DNA from: Phycisphaerae bacterium
GTDB lineage: Bacteria > Planctomycetota > Phycisphaerae > WQYP01
Assembly (NCBI GenBank): GCA_049965755.1
Contig: JBMFVY010000003.1
Location: forward strand, 1,238 to 65,237
Direction: 5' to 3'
Length of the DNA stretch: 64,000 nucleotides
The translations under genes and the position numbers were made by a program. A model generated the notes under the pieces. It had not been told where the DNA came from. It did not search any database and saw only the letters and a program-made list of their open reading frames with translations. Below, in pieces: positions 28,777 to 40,342 of this stretch. The stretch's first letter is position 1. Each line of letters begins with the position of its first letter.

Positions 28777-29409
28777 TTATTGCGTGGGATAACGCGATCC
28801 TCCAGATATGGCAGTACGGGGTGGGTTGGAACGGACGAGGGACATCGCGATGGCATCGGCAAGCTTGCCGATCGCCCGGCTCAAGGCATCTGCAGCCGAA
28901 CCAGAGTTTGGTTCGGGAATCGAGGTTATCCGCAGATGATGGATTTGCGGTGGACGATGGTGGCGAACCAATGCCCAAATGGTGCTCATATCAAGATGAG
29001 CGGCACCATGAGCAGCGGTCGAAATCCGCAGTCTCGTTATCACAATTGAAAGCGTGACGTAAGATTTTCGCGGCCCGGGCTCACCGGGAATAATCACCTC
29101 CGACAGAGTGAGCGCCCGGGATAAATCAACGGCAACTGTGTGGCGGATCAGGATGGCAAGGGGTGCGGCCCATCGTGTGTCGTTGCTGACTTGGAGGTGC
29201 CCATTGCCTGCGCTTCGCGTGAGCCACAGTCGATCCATCTGAGGTGGAATGGTAACCCGACCTACCAGAACTGGGGGGCCGATGTAGGGATGGGCAGGCT
29301 CGGCAACCGCGGAGGTGGTAATCAGCTGTGTCGGCGGACCTGAACTGCACCCTCCGAGCAGCAACGCCGTAGTGACGATAACGAATACCGGTAAGGATCG
29401 ATGAATCAT
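28777..29409 (-). CDS. PqiC/YmbA-like lipoprotein (ABC-type transport auxiliary component)
   Basis: Lipobox LLLGGCSS. Translationally coupled (ATGA) downstream of the MCE protein, as in pqiABC operons. Confidence 0.65.
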   Translation of the reverse strand: MIHRSLPVFVIVTTALLLGGCSSGPPTQLITTSAVAEPAHPYIGPPVLVGRVTIPPQMDRLWLTRSAGNGHLQVSNDTRWAAPLAILIRHTVAVDLSRALTLSEVIIPGEPGPRKSYVTLSIVITRLRISTAAHGAAHLDMSTIWALVRHHRPPQIHHLRITSIPEPNSGSAADALSRAIGKLADAIAMSLVRSNPPRTAISGGSRYPTQ

Positions 29410-31187
29410 TTCGACCGCCCCATTAACAGTGCATTGGGATGCGCATCAAGATAATTGGCAAGACTTCGAATAGCACGCGCCATGCGAGTCAACTGATCGA
29501 TAAGGCCACGGACGCTCTGCTGAGACGCGTAATTTCCGCCTGCGATATGGCGCATGGTTTCCATCATTTGCGCCGCCTGGCGGGCAGCACGTTGTATCTC
29601 GATGACTGTGGCGGCGACATGCCCCCGCGAATGGGCGGTAATGGCCTGAATATTGGCCAGCGTCGCATCCAGATGGGCGATGATGTGCTGAATCCGCCGG
29701 GAGTCCGCCAACGCGGCTGCGCCGGCGGAGAGGTGTTCGACATTATTGCCGATCTTTTTAATCGGAATGGCGTTGATCTTGGCGGCGATGTGGTTGATGG
29801 ATGTCAGAATTGCCCCTAGGCTTGCTCCACGCGAGGTCGGCAACTCCGGCAGCCCCCCAATTGCCGCCATCACGCCAGTCGTGCGTCGGCCGGTAATACC
29901 CAGCGACACCACGTGTCCGCCCAGAATCAAGTTACTCTGGGTAATGTGCGCCCGCAGACCGAGGTGAACGAGGCGGCTAATGAGTGCGGTGAGGTGGGCC
30001 GGATTATTTCTTTCACCTGTGAGTCCAAACCTCTGTGGAGCGAGCATGAGCGTGGCTGAGGTGACCATCCGACCGGATTTTCGGCTATAACGAAACGTCG
30101 CCGACTGCACCTCCCCCACCCGCCATCCATGAAAGAGCACCGGTGCCCCCGGCCGAAGACGGCCCGCGCTCCCCGGGAAAATGGCCGCAAATCGAACACC
30201 ATGGCTGAGGTCCGCGTAGCGGGCTGCCGACCGACTGGAATAAAGTTTCGGCGGTCCTGTGCCGGCGACCGGTACGGAATGAAATTGCGCAAATGCAATA
30301 CCCCCGGTGAGGAGGATACCAAGTGGGGGTACAGCAAAATGCATCCCGCCCGGCCCGGTCTTCAAGCCCAGGCCGCCGACCCGCCAGAATCGGGTGTGAG
30401 GAGTTATGCGATGATCGAACGGCTTGCGAATAAACACGCTCAGATCGATCAGATTATGGTGCGGATTGTAGCGCCACCCGAGTAGTTCTCCGGCCGTGAG
30501 CCCGTGATACAGGACCGGAGCACCGCGTTGCAGATTTCCGAGGTACCGCGCGGCAAGCTCAACAATCTTACCCGGACCGGATGGCGTAAGAGATGGTGCG
30601 TGCAGAAGGCCGGAAAACCGCCGACTTGGCGGCCCGTTGCCGGGCAACATGACGATAGTCGGCCCTGAGATAAGGCCGGCGAGGTTGCCAGCGAGCAAAT
30701 CGGGTTGCTGAATGAAGAAGCGGGTTCCTTGGCGTAGGAACGGAACGGCGCTGCCGTCCATCGAAAGCGTTGCCACCACCTGCCTGCCATGGTGTGTCAG
30801 CGCCACGCGCTCAAGTTGGCCGACCTGCACCCCACGACAAAACACGCCGGTGCCGCGTGGATTGAGGCCTGAGGCGTCGGCAAAGGTAACATGCACCACC
30901 GGCCCCGCCAATACCCAAGTTCTCAGGATCAGGAAGCCGACCAGAATTATGGCCGCCAGTGGTACCGACCATATCCAACCGCGCCACGGGGTACTGCGGA
31001 TATGGGCCAGGGGTAACCCTTCACCTCCTGAAGCCGAGCCGCCGACGGCTCCCGCTGCCCCCTGCCGCGATTCGGATGTATCCTCACGCCCGGCCAAGTG
31101 CCTCCTCCTTTCGCACCGCGGCGTCCCACATGAGCCGCGGATCAAAACTCTTGGCTGCAAGCATAGTAAATGCCACGACCAATGCAA
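29406..31187 (-). CDS. PqiB-like multi-MCE-domain protein
   Basis: N-terminal TM helix then repeated MCE domains. Coordinates are the track ORF. The true start is probably internal, near 31090, since the ORF overlaps pqiA by about 100 nt. Confidence 0.85.
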   Translation of the reverse strand: MHWSWHLLCLQPRVLIRGSCGTPRCERRRHLAGREDTSESRQGAAGAVGGSASGGEGLPLAHIRSTPWRGWIWSVPLAAIILVGFLILRTWVLAGPVVHVTFADASGLNPRGTGVFCRGVQVGQLERVALTHHGRQVVATLSMDGSAVPFLRQGTRFFIQQPDLLAGNLAGLISGPTIVMLPGNGPPSRRFSGLLHAPSLTPSGPGKIVELAARYLGNLQRGAPVLYHGLTAGELLGWRYNPHHNLIDLSVFIRKPFDHRITPHTRFWRVGGLGLKTGPGGMHFAVPPLGILLTGGIAFAQFHSVPVAGTGPPKLYSSRSAARYADLSHGVRFAAIFPGSAGRLRPGAPVLFHGWRVGEVQSATFRYSRKSGRMVTSATLMLAPQRFGLTGERNNPAHLTALISRLVHLGLRAHITQSNLILGGHVVSLGITGRRTTGVMAAIGGLPELPTSRGASLGAILTSINHIAAKINAIPIKKIGNNVEHLSAGAAALADSRRIQHIIAHLDATLANIQAITAHSRGHVAATVIEIQRAARQAAQMMETMRHIAGGNYASQQSVRGLIDQLTRMARAIRSLANYLDAHPNALLMGRSK

Positions 31188-32304
31188 AGGGAAGCGCCGC
31201 GCGACCGACGTGTACCTCGACGACGCCCGGAAATGATAATAGCGGCGCCATCAATGCCACGATAAATGGATCGACGTTCGACCATCGTCCCATACGATGA
31301 ATGACGCGATACAGGCGAGTTCGGAAAACGAGATGCTTGGAAGTCGGATGTCGAACGCGAAATAGCATCCAAGTGAGGCCGATGAGCTTCAGGAGTGGAA
31401 TCAGGATGCTGGTGATAACAATGATCACAGCAAGGGGCCAGAATCCGGCCGCAATGAGTTCCTTTACACCGTCAATGATCGTGTGGTATTTAACTCCGCC
31501 GGGTTGGAGATCATAGCTCATGGCATAGTAATAAGCGGGGAAGTAGAGGATGTATCCGGCGGCCACGAGGGCTGCGGTCCGCGTCATTGAGTTCAGTTTA
31601 CGCTCCCTCAGCCGTTTCCAGCATCGGGGGCAGCGATGGCCAAGATATCGCATTGGCAGGACCAGGGCGCAGGCCTCGCAACTGATTGTCGGGCCGGGTT
31701 GAGCCCGGCGTTCGTCAGGCCGAATCGCCCGCCAGATGCGGTGTGAAGACAGGCACCATGGGCTGAGAATCTGCAGCGCCGCGGCCATGATGAGACACCA
31801 GCCTCCCCATTCAATGCGCCCCTGCAACTGAACCTCTGTGCGCATGAAAACGACAAACCCAGCCAGCACCAGTACATCCGACATGGCCCAGAGTTCGATA
31901 TCCTGGGCCCTGCGATAAAGATAACCCAACCACTTAGGCCGCCTGTTCAATCGCACCGCACCCAGCACGACGATCATCATCCCCGCCCGCAGGAAGGGGA
32001 ACACGATCGCAAAGGCCGCAAACATGAACGCTAACAGCGGCCAATGGCCCTGCCAGAGGGCGGTAACGCCGTTGCTGATGTAATTCTCACGCGACTCAGG
32101 GCCGAGGGTTGCCTGCATGAGGGGTAGCAGATTGGCGGGAAAAAGGAGGATAAATTCGGCAATCATCCACGAGAGGCCGAGATTGAGGTCCATCGGTTCG
32201 ACCGCATCGAGCAGACAGCCGCACCGAAAACAATACGCCGCCGACCGGATATCCAATTCGCCGACATGCTGATCGATACCGCAATTTTCACATGACTGCG
32301 CCAC
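31084..32304 (-). CDS. PqiA-like (paraquat-inducible protein A) inner-membrane protein
   Basis: N-terminal zinc ribbon (CENCG...CFRCG), duplicated 4-TM modules and a second CxxC pair (CPRCW). Confidence 0.8.
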   Translation of the reverse strand: MAQSCENCGIDQHVGELDIRSAAYCFRCGCLLDAVEPMDLNLGLSWMIAEFILLFPANLLPLMQATLGPESRENYISNGVTALWQGHWPLLAFMFAAFAIVFPFLRAGMMIVVLGAVRLNRRPKWLGYLYRRAQDIELWAMSDVLVLAGFVVFMRTEVQLQGRIEWGGWCLIMAAALQILSPWCLSSHRIWRAIRPDERRAQPGPTISCEACALVLPMRYLGHRCPRCWKRLRERKLNSMTRTAALVAAGYILYFPAYYYAMSYDLQPGGVKYHTIIDGVKELIAAGFWPLAVIIVITSILIPLLKLIGLTWMLFRVRHPTSKHLVFRTRLYRVIHRMGRWSNVDPFIVALMAPLLSFPGVVEVHVGRAALPFALVVAFTMLAAKSFDPRLMWDAAVRKEEALGRA

Positions 32305-32535
32305 CGCACTTTCCTTTTATGCGGGAGTATACACAAGTTGAATTCCAGATAAAGGAAATCAGGACTGGGGTGCCGCCGAGATAAAGGATCAGAGCATGCG
32401 CCGAACGGTGCGCCGGATGGTCAGCGAATGGTGCTTTGGAGATTCAGAAGCGACGGTGGTTTTGTCGCGAGCAATGGTGATCACTGCGCCAAGTCAACCT
32501 CGGACCGTCCGCCGTGTCCGGGCACGATTTAGTCT

Positions 32536-35500
32536 TTATTGTCCGAACAGGCCGTGCAGGAGACCCTTCACCTGCCCCTTGATTCCCTTGCCGATGCTCT
32601 TGAGCGGATGGCTGGTGAGCTTGATTTGGGGCGATGCGGTGGTGCCGGCGAGTTTAAGGGGGATCGGCAGCGTGAGGCCCCCGCCGGTGATGTTCATATC
32701 GACATTCATTTGATTGTTTAACCCGACCCAGCCGCTCAGGTCGAGTCCGAACGATGCCAGCACCAATTTCATATTGTTGTAGCTTACCCGTCCGTTCTTG
32801 AGTACGAATTGTGTCGGACGAATGCCGCTGTCCGCGATACTGATATTGCCGCCCAAGGGACCGGACAATGCGGAAACCTGCCCGACAAATGGGGCGTTGG
32901 TGGTCAGATGTGTAATGCTCACCGTGCCAACGGCCGTACCGGACTTTTTCATGGCAACTGACGAAAGGGGAATATCCGCCGAATGGAGCGACATATTCAG
33001 AAGCCCCTGCACATTCACGAGCGCCGGTTGCCCCTTATTACCCCAAGTCAGCGGGAGAAACTTCAGGATGCTCGCTCCCATTGGAGCATTGATCTGCACA
33101 TTGCTGGCCACCTGAAGCGGAGATGGCAGCACGTAGGTGGGCGTTGCTCCATTGAGATCAATATACCCACCAAGATTCACAGTCCCATGATTGGCGGGGA
33201 TGGCTGCCGGAGTAATCTCGATGCGACCTGCCGATTCTGAAAATCCGAGCGATCCGGGGCCCAGGTGCGTGCCATCATAGCTGAGCTCTTTGAATGCCAG
33301 CGCGGTTGACGTAATGGTCAGCTTGCGGGCAATCAGCAGGCCTGGCGCGGATGTAAGCGGACCCGTGACAGCCAGCGGCATGCTGCCGCTGCCAGTCGCC
33401 GAGAGTGTCGGCGGCAGGAACGGCTTGAGGAGCGCAATCGCCCCGGCAAGATCGTAGTGCAATGTGCCGTGGATTTTTTCTACACCGCCCGGCCCCCAGG
33501 CGAGAACCGACTCCCGTTCAATGGTGAGCAGATTGCCGCCGGATTTTTTGCCTCCCGTCTCGCCGATGTGGCAGGTATGCGTAACGGTGAAGATTTTTTT
33601 GGTCAGGTCTGCCTGACCAGCCAAACTCGCCAGCAGATTCGTCGGCGGCAGTACCGCTTTGGCTCCGGGCATTGCAACCTGATATCCATTTACGTGGGCG
33701 GTGAGCGTGGTTGTGATGACCTTGCCGTTTCCGAGGGCGGCGGCGTCCAAGGCCATCTGGCCGGCAAGTTTTGCTCCGACCGGCAGTTTGCCGAGGTTGA
33801 TGAGCAGATTCTGCAACCGTGCCAGATCTGCTGCAACTTTTATGGATGGCGCGGCGATCTGCGGCGAACTACCGGCGAGATTGACCATTACCGGTTTGTC
33901 GATGGTAACCATCAGGAGTTTGTCACCTGATTTCACGGACATATCCGATAGCGTCACGGAGCGGACTTTTCCGGTATGGATATCGGCGGCCATCAGCAGG
34001 TCGAGTTTCGGTTCGATGAATGGCGGCGCGTTTTTGACACCCCCCTGCATGGAGATGTCGCTCAGATGCAGAGCTGCATCTGTAACCTCAAGCCGTCCGG
34101 GTGAATAGTTCAGATCGATGGGTGAATTTTTAATATATCCAGCCAGCGTGTATGCGGGCGTCGAGGGACTGATGGTTCGCACCAGTACCCAGAGCTTTTT
34201 GAGGTTCATCATGGCCAGCGTCATATGAAGATGCCGGATGGAAAGAGGTTGAGGAGTAATCGCCGCAGCGGCCTGCACATCCAGAAGTTGGGGGGAATTC
34301 ATGCCCATGGAAAAATGGGCGGATGCAAGCGAGCCCCTGGTGAGAAGGAAATCCGCCTTAAGCGGTAACGTGATGGTGCTGATGCGGACCGGCGACGCTT
34401 TGGCCTCCGAGAGATAAACCAGATGCCGCAACTGCAATTTAATATCCGCGGCGGGCTTGGAGGTGAGCACATGATTGAGCTTGCCGGCAATGGAAAGTCG
34501 GCCGGTGATTGACTTGCCGTCCAATTCGACGAACGGTGAGATTTCTTTTTTCAGCAGCCCCAGGTTCCAATCTGATGCGAGCGAATAACTGAGCTCTTTG
34601 GCACCGTGGGCGCTGAGCAAGGATAATCGCCAGACGGCGGAAGTGGATTTTGGTTCACTCTGCGAGATGCCACATTGAGTCAACGTCCAGCGCCCCGCCT
34701 GCCTCGTGGCGGAGGCGTTCATGACCATGGGGTAGATGGATGCAGGAATTTCCTTCCAGCGACACACCTGCGGCGAGAGGCTCAAGTCCAGAACCAGAGC
34801 GGAAGTGGTACCCCGGCTGTGAAGATGAAGTTGCACCACCGCCCGACCTGATTTGATCTTGAATGGAAGATGGTTAAGTCGCAGGGTATGGCGGAAATCA
34901 TCAGTGAAAAGTGCGGTATTGATGGTTGACGTCATCGCCAGACCGGTCCCGCCCCAATTACCATCGGTCGACCGCAGGGCCGAAAGACGGTTGAGGTTCA
35001 CCGCACCGGATGCAGAAATATTAAATGCCGGACATTGCATGGCAAGCTGTTCAATGTTGAGGTGTTCGGCGTCCCACACCATATCCACCGGAATGATCAG
35101 ATTTCCGAGCACCGGATGGTCACCGTGCAGAAGCGCCCCGCCGAGTGTCAATGCGTCAATCTGCATCTGGCCGCTGATGCGCCCCTGATGCGGCGCATTG
35201 CTGACCACCGCGAGATGCCCGTGCAGGGTGCCGTCCGTGTTCACCGGCAGATTAAATCGCTTCAGGTAGGAGAGATAGACATGCGACATGTTCAGCGTCA
35301 TATTGCCGGTCATCGCGGGAAGGGCTTTGAGGCGTTGATGGGCGAACGGCGAAATGGTGCCGTTGAGGGTAACCGTTGAGGGTTTTTCTGCGCCTCCACC
35401 CGCAAATGCACTCAGGGCGATGGTAACCGGCCCACCAGTGGTGGCACCGCTCAGTTTCAGATCGCCGTAGGCCGATCGTGCACTTTCGTGCGATGGAAGC

Positions 35501-36882
35501 GTCCACTTTAATGTTGAAAGCCGGGACTTAATATCGAACGAAACCGGTGGCAGGAGAGGCGTCCGCGACGAAGCGCTCTGCGGCGCCAGATGGTGTCCAT
35601 CGCCAGCAGCCACCGCCGCCGAGAAGGCCAGAGCACCGCCTGTAAATTTCGCCCCGGATGGAGTGCGCAGCAGATGGGGGAATTGTTCCAATACACGGGA
35701 AATGACAGACTTCAGCTTGATCGCCAACTGCGCCTTGCCGATCGGCTGCTGATCATGGTTGTGGATAATCGCCAGAAGCGTCTGGATGGAGCCTGATCCG
35801 GTCACCGAAACCGATCCCAATTTTGAACTGGCGAGACTGAATTGGCTCACCTGATAACGCGGGGATGCCCCGGCGTAATCGACCGCTGCCGCAGTGCGGA
35901 CATCGACATTGCCCAGATCGGGATGGTCCCCCTTAAGCATGGCGCCGCGTAAGTGGACATGATCAGCCACGAGGGACAATTTTATCCCCAGAGCAGCATG
36001 CGATTTCATATCCGCCTGTGCATTGAGCGATAATATCCCGGAAGATTGCAGATGCATGCCATCCCCGGCCAGAAGCGGATTAAGACACGCGAGTTCCAAT
36101 CCCTGTGTGTTTACGCTCACCGTGCCGGTCATTTTTTCCACGGGCAACATACCCCGAGGTCCAAACGCAGCGGCCTGCAACTTCAACACGATTTTCGCCG
36201 GGGCGGCGCTGCCGAGACCCGCCGCAACAGAAAAGGTCGCCATGGATGGTTTCAGACTGCGTGTATTAAACGTGGCGGCAAAATGCAGACCGGTGGCACG
36301 CAGCGCAGGTTTACCGGGGGTTATCCAAGTGAGGTTTTGTACCGTGAGGTCAATGCTCCCGGAGAGCGCCGGGACAGTGGGGGAAGAAGCCGCTGCGGGA
36401 GTCGTCGGCACCTTGGCAGGCGGCGTCACCGCGGACGACGATTTGGCGGCGGGTGCGGATGAGGCAATCGCCTGAAGCAGATTCAGTTTTCCGTTGACGG
36501 TTGCAAGATGGAGACTGGAGATGGGAATATCAATCTTGCCGAGATGGTGCCAATTGGAAATTAATCCTACGAGCGATACTTGGGTATGGACGGCGGCGTT
36601 TTTAACAACTGCGGATCCCTCTGGATCCATGACGGTGAGATGATTGATCGTCAGCGGACTGAACCACCCGATGGAAAGGCTGCCGATTTTAACCTTGCCC
36701 GCAATTCGACTGTTGATTTGGCCCACGATTAATCGCAACCCCGGCCCCGTGCAGAGCAAGCTCGGTGCAATCGCCACCAGGAGGACAATCAGGGCTAAAA
36801 TGACGCCCGTCACGATCAGCCATTTCCGGCGGCGAGGTTTTTTAACTGTATCTTTTCGATTGGAACTTTTATTTTCAGCCAT
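32536..36882 (-). CDS. AsmA/TamB-family giant envelope protein (1448 aa)
   Basis: N-terminal TM anchor, a long beta-rich periplasmic body and a TamB/DUF490-like C-terminus. Adjacent to pqiABC. Confidence 0.8.
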   Translation of the reverse strand: MAENKSSNRKDTVKKPRRRKWLIVTGVILALIVLLVAIAPSLLCTGPGLRLIVGQINSRIAGKVKIGSLSIGWFSPLTINHLTVMDPEGSAVVKNAAVHTQVSLVGLISNWHHLGKIDIPISSLHLATVNGKLNLLQAIASSAPAAKSSSAVTPPAKVPTTPAAASSPTVPALSGSIDLTVQNLTWITPGKPALRATGLHFAATFNTRSLKPSMATFSVAAGLGSAAPAKIVLKLQAAAFGPRGMLPVEKMTGTVSVNTQGLELACLNPLLAGDGMHLQSSGILSLNAQADMKSHAALGIKLSLVADHVHLRGAMLKGDHPDLGNVDVRTAAAVDYAGASPRYQVSQFSLASSKLGSVSVTGSGSIQTLLAIIHNHDQQPIGKAQLAIKLKSVISRVLEQFPHLLRTPSGAKFTGGALAFSAAVAAGDGHHLAPQSASSRTPLLPPVSFDIKSRLSTLKWTLPSHESARSAYGDLKLSGATTGGPVTIALSAFAGGGAEKPSTVTLNGTISPFAHQRLKALPAMTGNMTLNMSHVYLSYLKRFNLPVNTDGTLHGHLAVVSNAPHQGRISGQMQIDALTLGGALLHGDHPVLGNLIIPVDMVWDAEHLNIEQLAMQCPAFNISASGAVNLNRLSALRSTDGNWGGTGLAMTSTINTALFTDDFRHTLRLNHLPFKIKSGRAVVQLHLHSRGTTSALVLDLSLSPQVCRWKEIPASIYPMVMNASATRQAGRWTLTQCGISQSEPKSTSAVWRLSLLSAHGAKELSYSLASDWNLGLLKKEISPFVELDGKSITGRLSIAGKLNHVLTSKPAADIKLQLRHLVYLSEAKASPVRISTITLPLKADFLLTRGSLASAHFSMGMNSPQLLDVQAAAAITPQPLSIRHLHMTLAMMNLKKLWVLVRTISPSTPAYTLAGYIKNSPIDLNYSPGRLEVTDAALHLSDISMQGGVKNAPPFIEPKLDLLMAADIHTGKVRSVTLSDMSVKSGDKLLMVTIDKPVMVNLAGSSPQIAAPSIKVAADLARLQNLLINLGKLPVGAKLAGQMALDAAALGNGKVITTTLTAHVNGYQVAMPGAKAVLPPTNLLASLAGQADLTKKIFTVTHTCHIGETGGKKSGGNLLTIERESVLAWGPGGVEKIHGTLHYDLAGAIALLKPFLPPTLSATGSGSMPLAVTGPLTSAPGLLIARKLTITSTALAFKELSYDGTHLGPGSLGFSESAGRIEITPAAIPANHGTVNLGGYIDLNGATPTYVLPSPLQVASNVQINAPMGASILKFLPLTWGNKGQPALVNVQGLLNMSLHSADIPLSSVAMKKSGTAVGTVSITHLTTNAPFVGQVSALSGPLGGNISIADSGIRPTQFVLKNGRVSYNNMKLVLASFGLDLSGWVGLNNQMNVDMNITGGGLTLPIPLKLAGTTASPQIKLTSHPLKSIGKGIKGQVKGLLHGLFGQ

Positions 36883-37219
36883 AAACTATCGTCCCTTAAC
36901 CGACCATCACTCTCTACCGTCAGGCTCCCGGGCACAGCCGCCGAGCTTGCACTCCATTCCCGTAAGAGTCCTGAAACCGCACTTAAGTCGGTTTCACGTT
37001 AGCGGGGCCCTACGCATTGGTCAGACTGCGATAAAGCCCATACAGGCTGCTGCCTGTTTATTCGCCATTATACCCTTTGGACGTTCGGGCAGGGGACAGC
37101 TTGAAATCCGCCGTCTCTGCCCTACCATTAAAACAGTTGCCGCGGTATATCGACGGCCCCTTGTTGAAGCGCCCGGCTGCGGAATTTCCGGATCGCCGGG
37201 TAATCGGAGAGACATAACG

Positions 37220-38545
<1,326 letters not shown>

Positions 38546-38649
38546 TTCAACATACAGCGGCGTGGAATGACGGTATCAACGGCCGCCGGCCAAACACCAA
38601 GCGCCTCATTTGAAAACGCTTTCCACACCATACGGCGGCGGGAGTCTGA

Positions 38650-39147
38650 CTATTTGGGTGCCGTTGCGGTCGGGGGCAGCGCCGGCAGAAATGCGTTGGA
38701 ACTGATGAAGAAGCTATAAATCTGCCACGTTTTGCCGACCTGTATCAGCTTCAAATTGATCGTCGCCCTGCCGTTTTTGAAGCTGCCTTGATCCGTGAAT
38801 TTTCCGGTCGTCCTTTTTCCAAATTTCGTGCTCAGACCGCTGTAAACCATGCCGATGGGCGGATCGAGTTTTTTGAGCGGCCCGAGTTTGCGATACTCGG
38901 TGAAAAGCCGCTCCCCGAAATCCTTTTTCAGAAGCAGTGCCTTATACCCGGGATAGGCGCGGCTTAGCAGCGGCTGGAGCTGCCAATGACGGGCCACGGC
39001 GGTGATCGATGTCGTTACGAATTGCTGGGCATTTTTTTGCATGGCCATCATCGGTTTGATCGCGTTGTACGCCAAAACGGCCAGAATGATGATCAGCACG
39101 ACAAATATGGATGAAATAACCCCGACTATGATGAGACAGGTACGCAT
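38650..39147 (-). CDS. hypothetical membrane-anchored protein (single N-terminal TM, ~120-aa extracytoplasmic domain)
   Basis: MRTCLIIVGVISSIFVVLIIILAVLAY TM helix then a Lys-rich globular region. No family recognised. Confidence 0.45.
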   Translation of the reverse strand: MRTCLIIVGVISSIFVVLIIILAVLAYNAIKPMMAMQKNAQQFVTTSITAVARHWQLQPLLSRAYPGYKALLLKKDFGERLFTEYRKLGPLKKLDPPIGMVYSGLSTKFGKRTTGKFTDQGSFKNGRATINLKLIQVGKTWQIYSFFISSNAFLPALPPTATAPK

Positions 39148-39467
39148 AACGCCACCTCCGCAGAACCGAGCCGTCCATGCATCATCACGACTCCGAATTC
39201 CCATCTTTAACCGTCGGCATCAGACGGCTTTCAGTCGAAATAATAACGTCAGGGCGGATCCAATGCCACGGCGATTCGGCGGCCAGGTTCTGGGGCGATG
39301 CGCGGCGAATACTTCCGCCTCGGATTATCGTCATCGCCCATGCCGCGAGTTCCATGGCAACCTCTTCGCATGGTTTATTTTCATTTTGTTCCGACTCTAC
39401 GCCGTGATGGTTTCTGCAGTCATCGCGGTTTGCCTCGTACCGGTCGGAGGCGCGGTCAAAAATGAGA

Positions 39468-40139
39468 TCAGATAACGCTTGGCCGGGTGATATCGGTGAC
39501 GCGGGACACGCCGTGGTGTTGAAGCAGTTCAAGGAGTCCGCTGCCATCCTGCGCGCGGGCAAATTTCATCTCGGCCTCGGTTATTCCCAGGAGCAGGAGC
39601 ATTTCCACTTTTCCGGAAGGCAGATCGAAAAGATGAATATCCGCCGGTGCGGGAACAACAAATATATGTTTAATGGGTGATGGAGCTGGCGGGCAAAGAG
39701 CATGCGGGAGGTGAATGCGGTCATAAATTTCCATCAATTCAAACGAGACCAACCCGGCGGCGACCAGCATCTGATTGGCCATTACCCACTGTATGACGCG
39801 CACGGCCCACGGCGATTCGGCGGAGGTGAACATGACGACTTCAAAGCCCAGACCGCTGGGCTCGGCGGGGTTCGGATGTTCACATTGATCAAGTGTGGGA
39901 TTGGAGAGACCGGAACTGGCGTAGGCCCAGCAATTTCGAATCGAATCGGGCGGCGAGGCTACCGCTCCGTAATGCAGCCAGAGAGGCGGGGGTTTGAAAT
40001 CATGAGGGGGAATGGCAAAAAATTCGGCCGGGATATTCGATATTTCAGATTTAAGGGAACCAAAAAGCCGGGGATAAATCGTCTCTTCCCGCAGTTGCCA
40101 GACATCGGTGAAAAACTTTTCGATGGTTCCCTGTGACAA
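39468..40139 (-). CDS. SUFU-like domain protein (possible orphan polymorphic-toxin immunity protein)
   Basis: SUFU-N motifs align in order with human SUFU: IYP..., WLHYGAV.../WAYASSGLS, SGLGFEVVMFT, PWAVRVIQWV. These correspond to LYPDQ, HWHYISFGLS, SGFGFELTFRL, PTWPAELMQGLARYV. Confidence 0.55.
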   Translation of the reverse strand: MSQGTIEKFFTDVWQLREETIYPRLFGSLKSEISNIPAEFFAIPPHDFKPPPLWLHYGAVASPPDSIRNCWAYASSGLSNPTLDQCEHPNPAEPSGLGFEVVMFTSAESPWAVRVIQWVMANQMLVAAGLVSFELMEIYDRIHLPHALCPPAPSPIKHIFVVPAPADIHLFDLPSGKVEMLLLLGITEAEMKFARAQDGSGLLELLQHHGVSRVTDITRPSVI

Positions 40140-40342
40140 TCCCGGGTGTTCCTTTCAGCAGTCTCATTCGACGCTCATCACCGTGGCGCAGAGAAAGCGG
40201 TAGCACGAGAGACGCCGCAGGCGGACGGATATTAAAATTAATACACCGAAAGCGGCCATCACCGGCTAAGGCGTCCGCCTGGGCGCGCACACGTTTGGCG
40301 GTTTAACCGAAGATTACGAGCGTAAAGGGTAACGCCCGGCCA

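Noticed and set aside
36644-37219. N-terminal 192-aa extension of the radical SAM ORF
   Set aside because: The extension runs antisense through the AsmA-like gene's 5' end and promoter. A good RBS and ATG exist at 37220, where homology to MqnC/MqnE-type enzymes begins.
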